This document shows positions 30,463 to 39,583 of a DNA stretch of 64,000 nucleotides, one piece after another. The stretch spans positions 3,323 to 67,322 of the forward strand of contig JAPPLK010000073.1 of NCBI GenBank assembly GCA_028819435.1. The letters run 5' to 3'. Below the pieces are notes generated by a model. It was not told the origin of the DNA. It searched no databases and saw only the letters and a list, made by a program, of their open reading frames with translations. Each line of letters begins with the position of its first letter. Positions within the stretch are counted from its first letter, which is position 1. Made by a program: the position numbers and the translations under genes. The stretch is from Nitrospira sp. (lineage in GTDB: Bacteria > Nitrospirota > Nitrospiria > Nitrospirales > UBA8639).

Positions 30463-32004
30463 TTAAGAAGGTGCCTCACGTCGGACGTAATCGACCAGCG
30501 ACTGAACCAACGCCGGAATCGTGTTCTGCGAAGCCATGACGTGAACGTCCAGCCCCATTTCCCGAATGGTTTTGGCCGTAATCGGCCCGATGCTCGCAAT
30601 AATCGTCCCATTTAAACGTTGTTTCAAGTCACGTGCTTCATCAAAAAGTTGAAAAAAGTTGCGAACGGTAGACGAACTGGCAAACGTAACCACGTCGATC
30701 ACATGGTCACGTAAAAGTTGCTGAACGCGATCCCGTTCAATCGCCGGCACCACGGTCTTATAGACCTTCACGACTCGCACAACCGCCCCGGATCGCTCCA
30801 ACTCCTCCGGCAGAATCTCACGGGCTTGTGCGGCCCGGGCAAGCAACACCCGCTGGCCGGACACGCCGGCCCGCTTCAGCCCTTCGATCACTCCTTCGGC
30901 CTGGAACGTGTCCGGCACCAGGTCGGCCTCGATGCCGAATCGTTTCACCTCCTCGGCCGTTCGGGGGCCGATGCAACAGACCTGCAACCCTGCCAACGCC
31001 CGGGCGTCGCGCCCATGGTACCACAGGCGTTGCATAAATGCCTTTACTCCATTGACGCTGGTCAACACAAGCCATTGATAGGCGGCCAGTTGATCGATGA
31101 CTTCATCGACTTCAGTCCAATCATCCGGGGGACCGATGGCGATGGTCGGACATTCAATCGGTTCGCCGCCGCGAGCCCGGATAAGACTCGACAATTCCGG
31201 CGCCTGGTCTTTGGCGCGTGTCACCAGTACGCGCTTCCCGAATAACGGTTGCGTCTCAAACCAATTGAGTTGCTCCCGCAACCGGACGACTTCCCCCACC
31301 ACCACGACCGTGGGAGGACGAATATCAGCCGCTTTCGCACGATCCACAATGTCCCGCAACGTTCCGACCACCGTACGTTGTCCGGCGTAAGTCCCCCACC
31401 GGACCAGCGCCACGGGAGTATCCACGGCTTTCCCTTCTTCAATCAACCTGGACACGATCATGGGTAAATTTTTGACACCCATCAAAAACACCAGGGTCCC
31501 GTCTGCGGCAGCGAAACGCGGCCACTCCAATGCCGTCTCGTCCTTGTCCGGGTCTTCATGGCCCGTGATAAAAGCCACGGTCGAGGCCAGGGTACGATGC
31601 GTGACGGGAATACCCGCATACGCCGGCACCGCGACCGCGGAGGTCACGCCGGGCACCACTTCAAAGGGAATCCGGTGTTCAACGATCCACTCGGCTTCTT
31701 CTCCACCCCGTCCGAACACGAAAGGGTCTCCGCCCTTCAGCCTGACCACACACTTCCCTTCACGAACCTTCTCCAACATCAATTGATTGATTTCATCCTG
31801 GGGCCGATAGGTCCCGCACCCGCGTCGTCCCACGTAAATCCGCTCCGCCTCCGGGGAGACGTAATCCAGCAACGCCGGGTTGGCCAGGTGGTCGTATAAC
31901 ACGACGTCCGCTTCCTCAAGACAGGCTTTGCCACGTAGCGTCAGCAGACCGGGATCTCCCGGGCCCGCCCCTACAAGATAGATTTTCGATCGAAACTCCA
32001 CCAT
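30463..32004 (-). CDS. cobA: Uroporphyrinogen-III C-methyltransferase / uroporphyrinogen-III synthase fusion
   Basis: N-terminal half: VGAGPGDPGLLT...GGDPFVFGRGGEE (SUMT). C-terminal half is HemD-like. 513 aa. Confidence 0.9.
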   Translation of the reverse strand: MVEFRSKIYLVGAGPGDPGLLTLRGKACLEEADVVLYDHLANPALLDYVSPEAERIYVGRRGCGTYRPQDEINQLMLEKVREGKCVVRLKGGDPFVFGRGGEEAEWIVEHRIPFEVVPGVTSAVAVPAYAGIPVTHRTLASTVAFITGHEDPDKDETALEWPRFAAADGTLVFLMGVKNLPMIVSRLIEEGKAVDTPVALVRWGTYAGQRTVVGTLRDIVDRAKAADIRPPTVVVVGEVVRLREQLNWFETQPLFGKRVLVTRAKDQAPELSSLIRARGGEPIECPTIAIGPPDDWTEVDEVIDQLAAYQWLVLTSVNGVKAFMQRLWYHGRDARALAGLQVCCIGPRTAEEVKRFGIEADLVPDTFQAEGVIEGLKRAGVSGQRVLLARAAQAREILPEELERSGAVVRVVKVYKTVVPAIERDRVQQLLRDHVIDVVTFASSSTVRNFFQLFDEARDLKQRLNGTIIASIGPITAKTIREMGLDVHVMASQNTIPALVQSLVDYVRREAPS

Positions 32005-32451
32005 TTACGGACGCCCATAGATTTGCTCTAAAATATGTGTTCCCCCCGAACCCAGGATCCATCTTTTGGGAAGATTCGACACGAACGTGACCATGTCTCT
32101 CACGGAGATCATCCCAACGAGGGCTCCGTCCCGCGAGACGCCCAAGTGCCGGACGTGTTCCCTGGCCATCATGGCATTGGCGTCACGAATCGTCTTGTTC
32201 TCATCAATTTTCATAACGGGCGACGTCATGATGCGTTCGACGGGCGTTTGGTTCGCATCCAAGCCCATCCCCACCAACCGCCTGGCGATGTCCGTCTCGG
32301 TCAAAATCCCAATGACGGCCCTCTCCCAGGTGACGAACACACTGCCGATACGATTGTCCCGCATCAATTTCGCCGCCTGCAGGACACTCGTATAACGCTC
32401 CACGGCAATGATTTTTTCAGCGGGGGTCATGAACGTTTTCACTGGAACCAC
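32005..32451 (-). CDS. Stand-alone CBS-pair domain protein (paralogue 1) with a C-terminal tail copied from hemC
   Basis: GTG start with AAGGAGAG upstream. The tail ...GGTHILEQIYGRP mirrors the HemC C-terminus ...GGKRILDQIYGRV. The stop abuts the cobA ATG. Confidence 0.85.
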   Translation of the reverse strand: MVPVKTFMTPAEKIIAVERYTSVLQAAKLMRDNRIGSVFVTWERAVIGILTETDIARRLVGMGLDANQTPVERIMTSPVMKIDENKTIRDANAMMAREHVRHLGVSRDGALVGMISVRDMVTFVSNLPKRWILGSGGTHILEQIYGRP

Positions 32452-32487
32452 GGAACTCTCCTTGAGAGACGTTTTCGATCATTCATG

Positions 32488-33435
32488 TTACACGCGCCCA
32501 TAGATTTGATCCAGAATACGCTTTCCCCCCGCCTCCAGGATTCGCTCGGCCAAGGCCGTACCGAGCGGGGCCGCTTGCTCCACCGGACCGTCGATCCGAT
32601 CTCGAATGACCTGCGTTCCATCGACGCTTGCAACGAGTCCCTCGAATTGCACCGTCTGGTCCTCGATCACCGCATGTCCTGCAATCGGTACCTGACAGCC
32701 GCCCTCCAATCGATCCAGGAAGGCTCGTTCAGTCGAAACCGCAATAGACGTCCGGTGATCGTTGATGGGGTCGAGCAACTCTCGAACAAACGTGTCATCA
32801 GCACGAGATTCAATCCCCAAGGCACCCTGGCCAACGGCCGGAAGACTCAAGGCTGGGGGAAGATATTCCGTCACGTGCCGGGCCCAACCCAAACGCGTGA
32901 GACCCGCCGCAGCCAGGACGATCGCGTCGAACTCGCTTTCCTGAAGCTTTCGCAGTCTGGTGTTCACGTTGCCTCGAAGCATGACAACGTTCAGGTCCGG
33001 GCGGTGAGCCAACAACTGGGCTTGCCGTCGAAGGCTACTGGTCCCCACCTTCGCACCAGCCGGAAGATCCTGGAACGCCACGCGGTCCCTGGTCAGTAGA
33101 GCATCACGGGCGTCTTCCCGCGCCGGGATACAGACGATAGCCAATCCCTCCGGCAACACCGAAGGCACGTCCTTCATGCTATGGACCGCGAGATCGATGT
33201 CTCCCCTGGATAACGCCTCCTCGATTTCCTTGACAAATAACCCTTTCCCTCCGATTTTGGCTAACGGCACGTCCAGAATTTTGTCGCCGCTCGTTCGAAT
33301 CCGTTCAAGCCGGACCGACACGGATGGAGCGATTTCCTGGAGTCGAGCCTGAACCCACTCTGCCTGCCAGAGGGCCAATTGACTGCCGCGTGTGCCAATG
33401 ACGAGAGACGTCCGCCGTCCATGCGTAAGGCTCAC
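32488..33435 (-). CDS. hemC: Hydroxymethylbilane synthase (porphobilinogen deaminase)
   Basis: IGTRGSQLALWQA N-terminus, 315 aa. Confidence 0.95.
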   Translation of the reverse strand: MSLTHGRRTSLVIGTRGSQLALWQAEWVQARLQEIAPSVSVRLERIRTSGDKILDVPLAKIGGKGLFVKEIEEALSRGDIDLAVHSMKDVPSVLPEGLAIVCIPAREDARDALLTRDRVAFQDLPAGAKVGTSSLRRQAQLLAHRPDLNVVMLRGNVNTRLRKLQESEFDAIVLAAAGLTRLGWARHVTEYLPPALSLPAVGQGALGIESRADDTFVRELLDPINDHRTSIAVSTERAFLDRLEGGCQVPIAGHAVIEDQTVQFEGLVASVDGTQVIRDRIDGPVEQAAPLGTALAERILEAGGKRILDQIYGRV

Positions 33436-33471
33436 TCTGGTTCCTTCATCGGCCTGGGCATGCCTCCAACC

Positions 33472-34866
33472 CTACAAACCCGAAGCCCGCCTGGAAATCC
33501 CGTCCTGTTCCGGCTCCTCTTTTGACGCCGGAGGAACCGTCGTCGCGTCCGTCTCATCCCGGACGTCCTCAACGTTCACGGATTGTTGCTCGGGAAACCC
33601 CTGGCCCAAATCATAAAACAATCTTGCCGCTTCAATATACACAAACCCGTTGGATGATTGGGCCGCGGATTTCAAGGCCACCAATGGACCGTGAAGCAGT
33701 TTATTGACGATCCCGGAGGCAAGCCCTTCCACGGCCTCCTGCTGCTCCGGAGTCAACGCCCCGAGCCGGCTAAAGGCTTTCTGCAACTCCGTCTCCTTCA
33801 GGGCGTCCGCCCGTTTGCGCAAGGCAATAATCGTGGGAGTCGCCTTGAGGGACTGAAGCCATTTCAGGATCACTTCGACTTCGTCCTTGACGATGGATTC
33901 GGCACGGGTGGCTTCCATCCGGCGCTCTTCACGGTTTTGTTCAATATGCGATTCAAGATCGTCGATATCGAACAGAAACGCATTATCGACCTGACGAACG
34001 TCGGGATCGATATTGCGGGGGACCGAGACGTCGATCAAGAAAATCGGCTGATTCCAGCGTGCGCGAACCGCCCGTTCCACGTCCTCGGGACCGATTAGGT
34101 AATGAGACGCCCCGGTGGAACACAGCACAATATCGGCCCGGTGCATGTTCGCGCGAAAATCTTCAAAGGGAATGGACGTGCCGCTGAACCGGGCAGCCAT
34201 ATCCGCCGCCCTGATCGGGTCACGCGTGGTGAGCAACACCTCGTGAACCCCATGATTCACCAAATGCCGTGCTGCCAATTTGGCCATTTCTCCGGCCCCG
34301 ACCAGCATAACCGTCCGGGCCGGCAGGTTACTGAAGACTTTCCGGACCAATTCGACTGCGGCATAGCTCACCGATACGGCGTTTTCCGCGATCCGTGTTT
34401 CCGTGCGAACGCGTTTGGCTACGGAAATCGCCTTTTTGATCAACTTGTTCAGGATGACCCCGGTAGCATTGTGGGTTAACGCCTCCTGGAAAGAATCCTT
34501 CACTTGACGCAGGATTTGCGGCTCTCCCACGACCAGGGAATCAAGACTCGACGCCACGCGAAACAGGTGCGTAATGGCCCGATCTTCCGCGTGACAATAC
34601 AGGCGGGGCATTAATTGTTCCGCGGACACCGACAGGTGCGTATCCACGAAAAATTCCTGGATCGCGGAAAATCCTTGTTCCACGTGGTCGGCGACCGCAT
34701 ACACTTCCACGCGATTGCAGGTCTGTAACAACATCCCCTCTCGAATACCTTCATGATCCATAAGACGGTTGAGGGCTTCGCCCATCCGGCTGTCGGGAAC
34801 CACGAGCAGTTCCCGAAGCTCGACGGGAGCGGTTTTATGACTCAACCCTACAAGGATGATATTCAT
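33472..34866 (-). CDS. hemA: Glutamyl-tRNA reductase
   Basis: MNIILVGLSHKTAPVELRE start, active-site TCNRVE, NADPH fold GAGEMA. The start at 34866 overlaps the upstream gene's stop by 1 nt. Confidence 0.95.
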   Translation of the reverse strand: MNIILVGLSHKTAPVELRELLVVPDSRMGEALNRLMDHEGIREGMLLQTCNRVEVYAVADHVEQGFSAIQEFFVDTHLSVSAEQLMPRLYCHAEDRAITHLFRVASSLDSLVVGEPQILRQVKDSFQEALTHNATGVILNKLIKKAISVAKRVRTETRIAENAVSVSYAAVELVRKVFSNLPARTVMLVGAGEMAKLAARHLVNHGVHEVLLTTRDPIRAADMAARFSGTSIPFEDFRANMHRADIVLCSTGASHYLIGPEDVERAVRARWNQPIFLIDVSVPRNIDPDVRQVDNAFLFDIDDLESHIEQNREERRMEATRAESIVKDEVEVILKWLQSLKATPTIIALRKRADALKETELQKAFSRLGALTPEQQEAVEGLASGIVNKLLHGPLVALKSAAQSSNGFVYIEAARLFYDLGQGFPEQQSVNVEDVRDETDATTVPPASKEEPEQDGISRRASGL

Positions 34867-35690
34867 CAGCTTACGGGAATCCCGCTTCCTTTCAACACGA
34901 CCCCGAGAAACGTCAACAGCACGCCGGCAAATCCCACGATTGTCAGGTAGGCTGCCTTTTTTGCCCGCCAGCCCACGGTCACCCGGCCCATCAGGACCAC
35001 GAAATAAAACACCCACGTCACCAGCGCCCAAAGCTGTTCGGGATTCCAGTTCACGTAGGAACCCAGTGTGAGCTGGGCGGAAATGGCCCCCGTCAGAATA
35101 CCCAGGGTGAGAAAAGGAAACCCCAACAACATCGAACGCTGGTTCAACGTGTCCAGGAAATCCAATGGTGGCAGCTTAAAGAACAGGACGTTGAATTGTT
35201 TGGATTTCAGCAGCCGCTCCTGCATCAGATACATGACCCCTGCCACAAAGGCCACGGCAAACCCGACGGCTCCCAACATGCTGAGGGTGACGTGGACCCA
35301 CACGGCTCGCAACATGGGTTGCAGGACCGGGGTTTCCGCAGGCAGGACAGCAGTCGAGACCAGCGAAAGAAAGGCAATGGGCAGTATGAAGGCTCCCAGG
35401 ACGTAAAGCCGCTGGAGGATGACGACCAGCAAAAAGACAAGGATCAGGGACCACGAAAAAAACGAGAGGGCTTTGTGAAACGTGACGCCTACTTCTCCGG
35501 AAAACACTTGTACGGCCAGGACCACGCTATGGATGGCAAATCCGATACACGTCGCGGCAAGCGCCACCCGGGCAAGCACGTCAGATCGCCGGAGCAAATA
35601 GATCAGGGAGAGCAAGATCCCGATAAAATACAGCCCCAACGTCAGTTGCAAAAAGGCAACGGTCATCGGTATCACCAGCAAATAGTGCAA
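34866..35690 (-). CDS. Cytochrome c assembly (CcsA/HemX-like) polytopic membrane protein
   Basis: 274 aa, about 8 TM segments, W-rich C-terminal part (WNPEQLWALVTWVFYF). Its position upstream of hemA matches B. subtilis hemX. Confidence 0.75.
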   Translation of the reverse strand: MHYLLVIPMTVAFLQLTLGLYFIGILLSLIYLLRRSDVLARVALAATCIGFAIHSVVLAVQVFSGEVGVTFHKALSFFSWSLILVFLLVVILQRLYVLGAFILPIAFLSLVSTAVLPAETPVLQPMLRAVWVHVTLSMLGAVGFAVAFVAGVMYLMQERLLKSKQFNVLFFKLPPLDFLDTLNQRSMLLGFPFLTLGILTGAISAQLTLGSYVNWNPEQLWALVTWVFYFVVLMGRVTVGWRAKKAAYLTIVGFAGVLLTFLGVVLKGSGIPVS

Positions 35691-35797
35691 TGCACCTAGC
35701 TTGGAAGTATAGATAGGCTGTTTTCAGATAGCAACAAAGGAAAGGCGGAATGCAGGATAGCAGGATAGCAGCTTGCAATTGTATGTGTTCAGTAATT

Positions 35798-35913
35798 CCC
35801 TTCGACAAGCTTCCTTCGACTTCGCCCCTATGGGGCTACGCTCAGGATGAGCGGATTATCCACACCCGTTCGCCCTGAGCGTAGCGACAGCGAAGTCGAA
35901 GGGTCAGGACAGG
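35798..35913. repeat. Two inverted REP units of the CCTGTCCTGAGCG...CGAAGG family
   Basis: cccttcgac...ccttcgacttcgc...ctacgctcagga (reverse orientation), followed by ccctgagcgtagcgacagcgaagtcgaagggtcaggacagg. Confidence 0.7.
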
Positions 35914-35927
35914 CATTGACGGCATGG

Positions 35928-36707
35928 TCAGCCGCCGGACCCTGCCGTGGCGCCGCCGCACACGTTGATGACTTGTCCCGTTATCGAGGCCGCATCCGCT
36001 TGGCAAAGATACGTCGTCAGCGCGACGATCTCTCCGACCTCCGCCATCCTTTTGATAGGTACCGCTGCTACGGCCTGAATTCGGAATTCCTCTGCTGACA
36101 TCCCCAGGATCGAGGCTGTTTCCTCGATGCCCTGACGAGCCATATCGGTATCGACCCAGGTCGGACAGATGGCATTCACCGTAATGCCGCGCCCGGCCAC
36201 TTCGAGCGCCAAGGCCTTGGTAAACCCGATGATGCCGTGTTTGGCCGTGCAATACGCCGCGTAACCCGGGACACCAAACCGGCCGAGAACCGAAGACATG
36301 TTCACAATACGACCCGGCTCCTTCATATGCGGCAACGCGACTTTTGAACAGAGATAAGAACCTGTCAAATTCACATCAAGAATATTCAACCAACGCGCAT
36401 CATCAGGATCGTCTATGGGAGTTCTGCCTGAGACGCCGGCGTTGTTGACCAAAATATCAATCTGCCCCCATTCATTGACCACGGATGCAACAAATCGCTC
36501 CACCTCGCTACGGTTGGTCACGTCGGCAGGCAGGCTCATGGCCTTTCCTCCTGACTTCACGACCTGCTCAACCGTCTGTTCGAGCAATTCCGCGCGCCTC
36601 CCGCACACGGCCACGCGAACGCCTTTCTCCGTCAACCCCAGGGCGATTCCCCTGCCGATTCCTGATCCGCCCCCCGTGACAATCGCCACACGACCTTTCA
36701 ACGTCAC
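35928..36707 (-). CDS. Short-chain dehydrogenase/reductase (FabG-like)
   Basis: TGGGSGIGRG cofactor motif, NNAG, and the YxxxK catalytic motif (YCTAK). Confidence 0.85.
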   Translation of the reverse strand: MTLKGRVAIVTGGGSGIGRGIALGLTEKGVRVAVCGRRAELLEQTVEQVVKSGGKAMSLPADVTNRSEVERFVASVVNEWGQIDILVNNAGVSGRTPIDDPDDARWLNILDVNLTGSYLCSKVALPHMKEPGRIVNMSSVLGRFGVPGYAAYCTAKHGIIGFTKALALEVAGRGITVNAICPTWVDTDMARQGIEETASILGMSAEEFRIQAVAAVPIKRMAEVGEIVALTTYLCQADAASITGQVINVCGGATAGSGG

Positions 36708-36749
36708 CTGTTTCCTCCTTCGCTTACGACACGTACTGAGAGCATGTTT

Positions 36750-36778
36750 TTGTCAACGAACGTCCGAACCTTTACAAT
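36750..36778 (+). promoter_or_regulatory. Candidate sigma70-type promoter of rsmI
   Basis: TTGTCA, 17 nt, TACAAT, ending 42 nt upstream of the rsmI ATG. Confidence 0.4.
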
Positions 36779-36819
36779 GATGGCCCGTAGGCAAACCCAA
36801 ACCAGCCAAGGACCCATTC

Positions 36820-37545
36820 ATGCCGGGAAGTTTGTATCTCGTCAGTACACCGATCGGAAACCTGGAAGATCTCACCTTCAGGGCCCACCGCATTTTACAG
36901 GAAGTATCGGTCATTGCGGCTGAAGACACCCGTCATACCCAAAAACTCTGTCGCCATTACCAGATCCATACCCGCCTAACGAGTTATCATGATTTCAACA
37001 AAGAAGAAAAAACTCCGGTTCTCCTTGAACTTTTGAAAGAAGAAAAGTCCATCGCCCTCGTTTCGGATGCCGGAACTCCCCTGATCTCTGACCCAGGCTA
37101 CTTTCTGGTGACCCGAGCCATTGCCATCAATGTGCCCATCGTTCCGATTCCTGGTCCCTCTTCGGTGATCACCGCCCTCTCCGTTGCAGGATTACCAACG
37201 GACGCGTTTACGTTTATCGGATTTCTTCCCAAGAAATCGTCGGCCCGGACCCGCCTTTTGGAAAGCCTTCGTGAGGAAACCAAGACCATTATCCTCTTTG
37301 AAACGCCTTATCGGATAAAAACCACGCTCCTGGCCATTCAGGAAATCCTCGGCGACCGTCGGATCGCCATCAACCGTGAACTCACAAAAGCCCATGAAGA
37401 AATCATTCGCGGCACGGTACAGGAAATCCTTCTCTCAAATTCATCCCGCGTACTCAAAGGAGAAATGACGCTTGTCATACAGGGAAAAGAGAAGCGCAGG
37501 AGACAGGACCTACAACCAGGATTCAATCATCGGCCTTCTGAATGA
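36820..37545 (+). CDS. rsmI: 16S rRNA (cytidine1402-2'-O)-methyltransferase
   Basis: LYLVSTPIGNLEDLTFRA...IAAEDTRHT signature. Confidence 0.9.
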   Translation: MPGSLYLVSTPIGNLEDLTFRAHRILQEVSVIAAEDTRHTQKLCRHYQIHTRLTSYHDFNKEEKTPVLLELLKEEKSIALVSDAGTPLISDPGYFLVTRAIAINVPIVPIPGPSSVITALSVAGLPTDAFTFIGFLPKKSSARTRLLESLREETKTIILFETPYRIKTTLLAIQEILGDRRIAINRELTKAHEEIIRGTVQEILLSNSSRVLKGEMTLVIQGKEKRRRQDLQPGFNHRPSE

Positions 37546-37768
37546 AGATACGATGATACGAGTCGACGAACTCACGCCGAAGAATATTGTGCCCTTCGTT
37601 TTCAACGCTCTGCGGGACATTTCTGATGGGTTCACCGTCATCCAGAAAAACCTCCAATACCTGCCCGGGTTGCATGGTTTCCAGCCGCAGTTTGGTTTTG
37701 ACAAAATTGTAGGGACAGATGACACCACGGAGGTCCAACACTGCATGGGGATCAACTTCCTGACTCAT
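37523..37768 (-). CDS. TusA/SirA-like sulfur-carrier protein
   Basis: LDLRGVICPYNFVKTKL...GQVLEVFLDDGEP. 81 aa. The 3' end overlaps the rsmI 3' end by 23 nt (convergent). Confidence 0.8.
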   Translation of the reverse strand: MSQEVDPHAVLDLRGVICPYNFVKTKLRLETMQPGQVLEVFLDDGEPIRNVPQSVENEGHNILRREFVDSYHRIFIQKADD

Positions 37769-37911
37769 CGTCTATGGCTTCTTTCATGGGATTAACGCAA
37801 TGAACGGATCTTGATGATGGCAAGACCCATTACAGAAACAAAGAGAGCGTGCCGGCACACACGCCAACACGCTCTCTTTGTGTTGTAACTTTTCTCGCCG
37901 GGATCAGTCTC

Positions 37912-38667
37912 TTATTGCACTGTCCCTTTGTCGAAGTTATCCCGCTTGTCACCATAATCGGTGGCAATCGTGGTGCTTACTCTCTTGTTGACCGTATCCG
38001 GCTGCGGAGCGCATTGCCAGCAAGGCGCGGCACCTGTCACGGCACCGAGGCTCGAGGTAATCCCCCCCTGCACGGCACCTTCTTGCATCCCGCCTTCAGG
38101 AACACCGGTGTAACCGGCCGTCGGAGTCGCAATGCCACGGAAATTGGTCGGGTCCGGCCGTTGGCCTAATCCACCGCCGAAATCCGGGTTGTCTGCGCCA
38201 CCAAGCACTTGGGATCCTTCAAGGACGTACACGGTACGAACCATTTTCCGACCCGTGCTGAACTTCTGCGATGCAGTAGTCTCGTCCTTGGCCGCAACGG
38301 CAACATAGTCCCCTTTGTTCACTGCCTTAAGGTTTTCCATGTTGGTCTCGGCATCGAACCAGAGTTCCTTCAAGTTCAAGCCTCCGCGAAGGGTCTGACG
38401 TTCGTCATGTGAACTGCCGCCCATGTCGAGATACAGTTTACCCGCCGGATAATCAATGGCCACCACTTCACCATGAATCGTTTCAGGAGCTGAAAGGTAA
38501 CGTTCCATGTCATCCTGGTCGAAGACACGGGACCGCGTTCCAGACCCTTGAGATTCTCCAACACCCGTGCCGAAGCCGGAGTGTTGAGGCGCACGCTCTT
38601 GCGCCACTGCCACGCTAACTGAGCCTACAAGAATGATTGCTGCTCCAAAATACCCTAACTTCCGCAT
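37912..38667 (-). CDS. Secreted hypothetical protein
   Basis: Signal peptide MRKLGYFGAAIILVGSVSVAVA with GGAGG upstream. No family recognised. Confidence 0.5.
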   Translation of the reverse strand: MRKLGYFGAAIILVGSVSVAVAQERAPQHSGFGTGVGESQGSGTRSRVFDQDDMERYLSAPETIHGEVVAIDYPAGKLYLDMGGSSHDERQTLRGGLNLKELWFDAETNMENLKAVNKGDYVAVAAKDETTASQKFSTGRKMVRTVYVLEGSQVLGGADNPDFGGGLGQRPDPTNFRGIATPTAGYTGVPEGGMQEGAVQGGITSSLGAVTGAAPCWQCAPQPDTVNKRVSTTIATDYGDKRDNFDKGTVQ

Positions 38668-38959
38668 GTGGCTCCTCCTTAGGAAGTGTAAGTTAATAAT
38701 CGAACACTAATAATAAGGAATGATAGCTGGAATAATCAGTCCTTCTTCGTGACTTAGGTTTTGTTCAGTCCTGCACCATAACAACTATAGTGATCTGTTC
38801 AAACAGTGTCAAGGGGTTTCTCCTTGAAATCTCAGTATGGCGACAAAGGCAAATCGCCTCATGGTTGAGACCGGAAGGCCCTTCGTGTGATTAATTTTCG
38901 CTTCCGCCGCCCTACGCAAGACACAGCCCGTTTCCCTCAAGGCCCTCGGACATCGAAAA

Positions 38960-39046
38960 TGGTGCCCGGACCGAGGGTCGAACTCGGACTCTCTTGCGAG
39001 AACCAGATTTTGAGTCTGGCGCGTCTGCCAGTTCCGCCATCCGGGC
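38960..39046 (-). tRNA. tRNA-Leu (anticodon CAA), CCA encoded
   Basis: Folded by hand: acceptor stem GCCCGGA/TCCGGGC, anticodon stem CCAGA/TCTGG with loop CTCAAAA, long variable arm, T-arm CCGAG-TTCGACC-CTCGG, discriminator A plus CCA. Confidence 0.9.
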
Positions 39047-39205
39047 ATGAACATACTGGATTCCCGTTTTCTAGCATGATCGCCAAGTCACGTCAATCAA
39101 CCGGCTTTTCCTTTTCAGGCTTTTATCGGGCATGCTAAGATGAACGCTCGGTCAGCGCACACGCCCTGGGATGTCCTGAGGATAGCCAGACAAGGAGGAA
39201 CATTC

Positions 39206-39478
39206 ATGTCGGAGATTCAATGTCTCAAATGCGAACAACCAACGGAAAAAATCACCGAGCCCCTGTTCATGGGAAAACTCGAAGAAGAAATCAAGAACAA
39301 CGTCTGCCAGGCCTGTTGGGACGAATGGAACAAACCCGGCGGGGTGAAGACCATGGTCATCAATGAATACCACCTGAACCTCGGTGACGAAAACGGCCGT
39401 GCCACGCTCAAAAAACAAATGCGGGCGTTTTTCAAGCTGCCCGACGCCGACGCGGAATTCAAGGACTATCGAACCTGA
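39206..39478 (+). CDS. yggX: Fe(2+)-trafficking / oxidative-damage protection protein YggX
   Basis: The core ...CQACWDEWNK...KTMVINEYHLNL...LKKQMRAFF aligns from memory with E. coli YggX ([20 protein letters not shown]). Confidence 0.8.
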   Translation: MSEIQCLKCEQPTEKITEPLFMGKLEEEIKNNVCQACWDEWNKPGGVKTMVINEYHLNLGDENGRATLKKQMRAFFKLPDADAEFKDYRT

Positions 39479-39583
39479 GCCGGCGTGCCAGATCTGCCCC
39501 TTTTCCATATTGACCACGAACGGCTCGTTCCTTTCGGACGTGACCGCTTGTCGAACCCGCGTTTCCCCCTGTAGGATCACAAC

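Noticed and set aside
32035-33099. 354-aa plus-strand ORF overlapping CBS1 and hemC
   Set aside because: It lies antisense to two well-supported genes. Its composition is Arg/His/Pro-rich with no recognisable domain.
38809-39138. ORFs at 38809-39054 (-) and 38887-39138 (+)
   Set aside because: Both overlap the hand-folded tRNA-Leu(CAA) gene.
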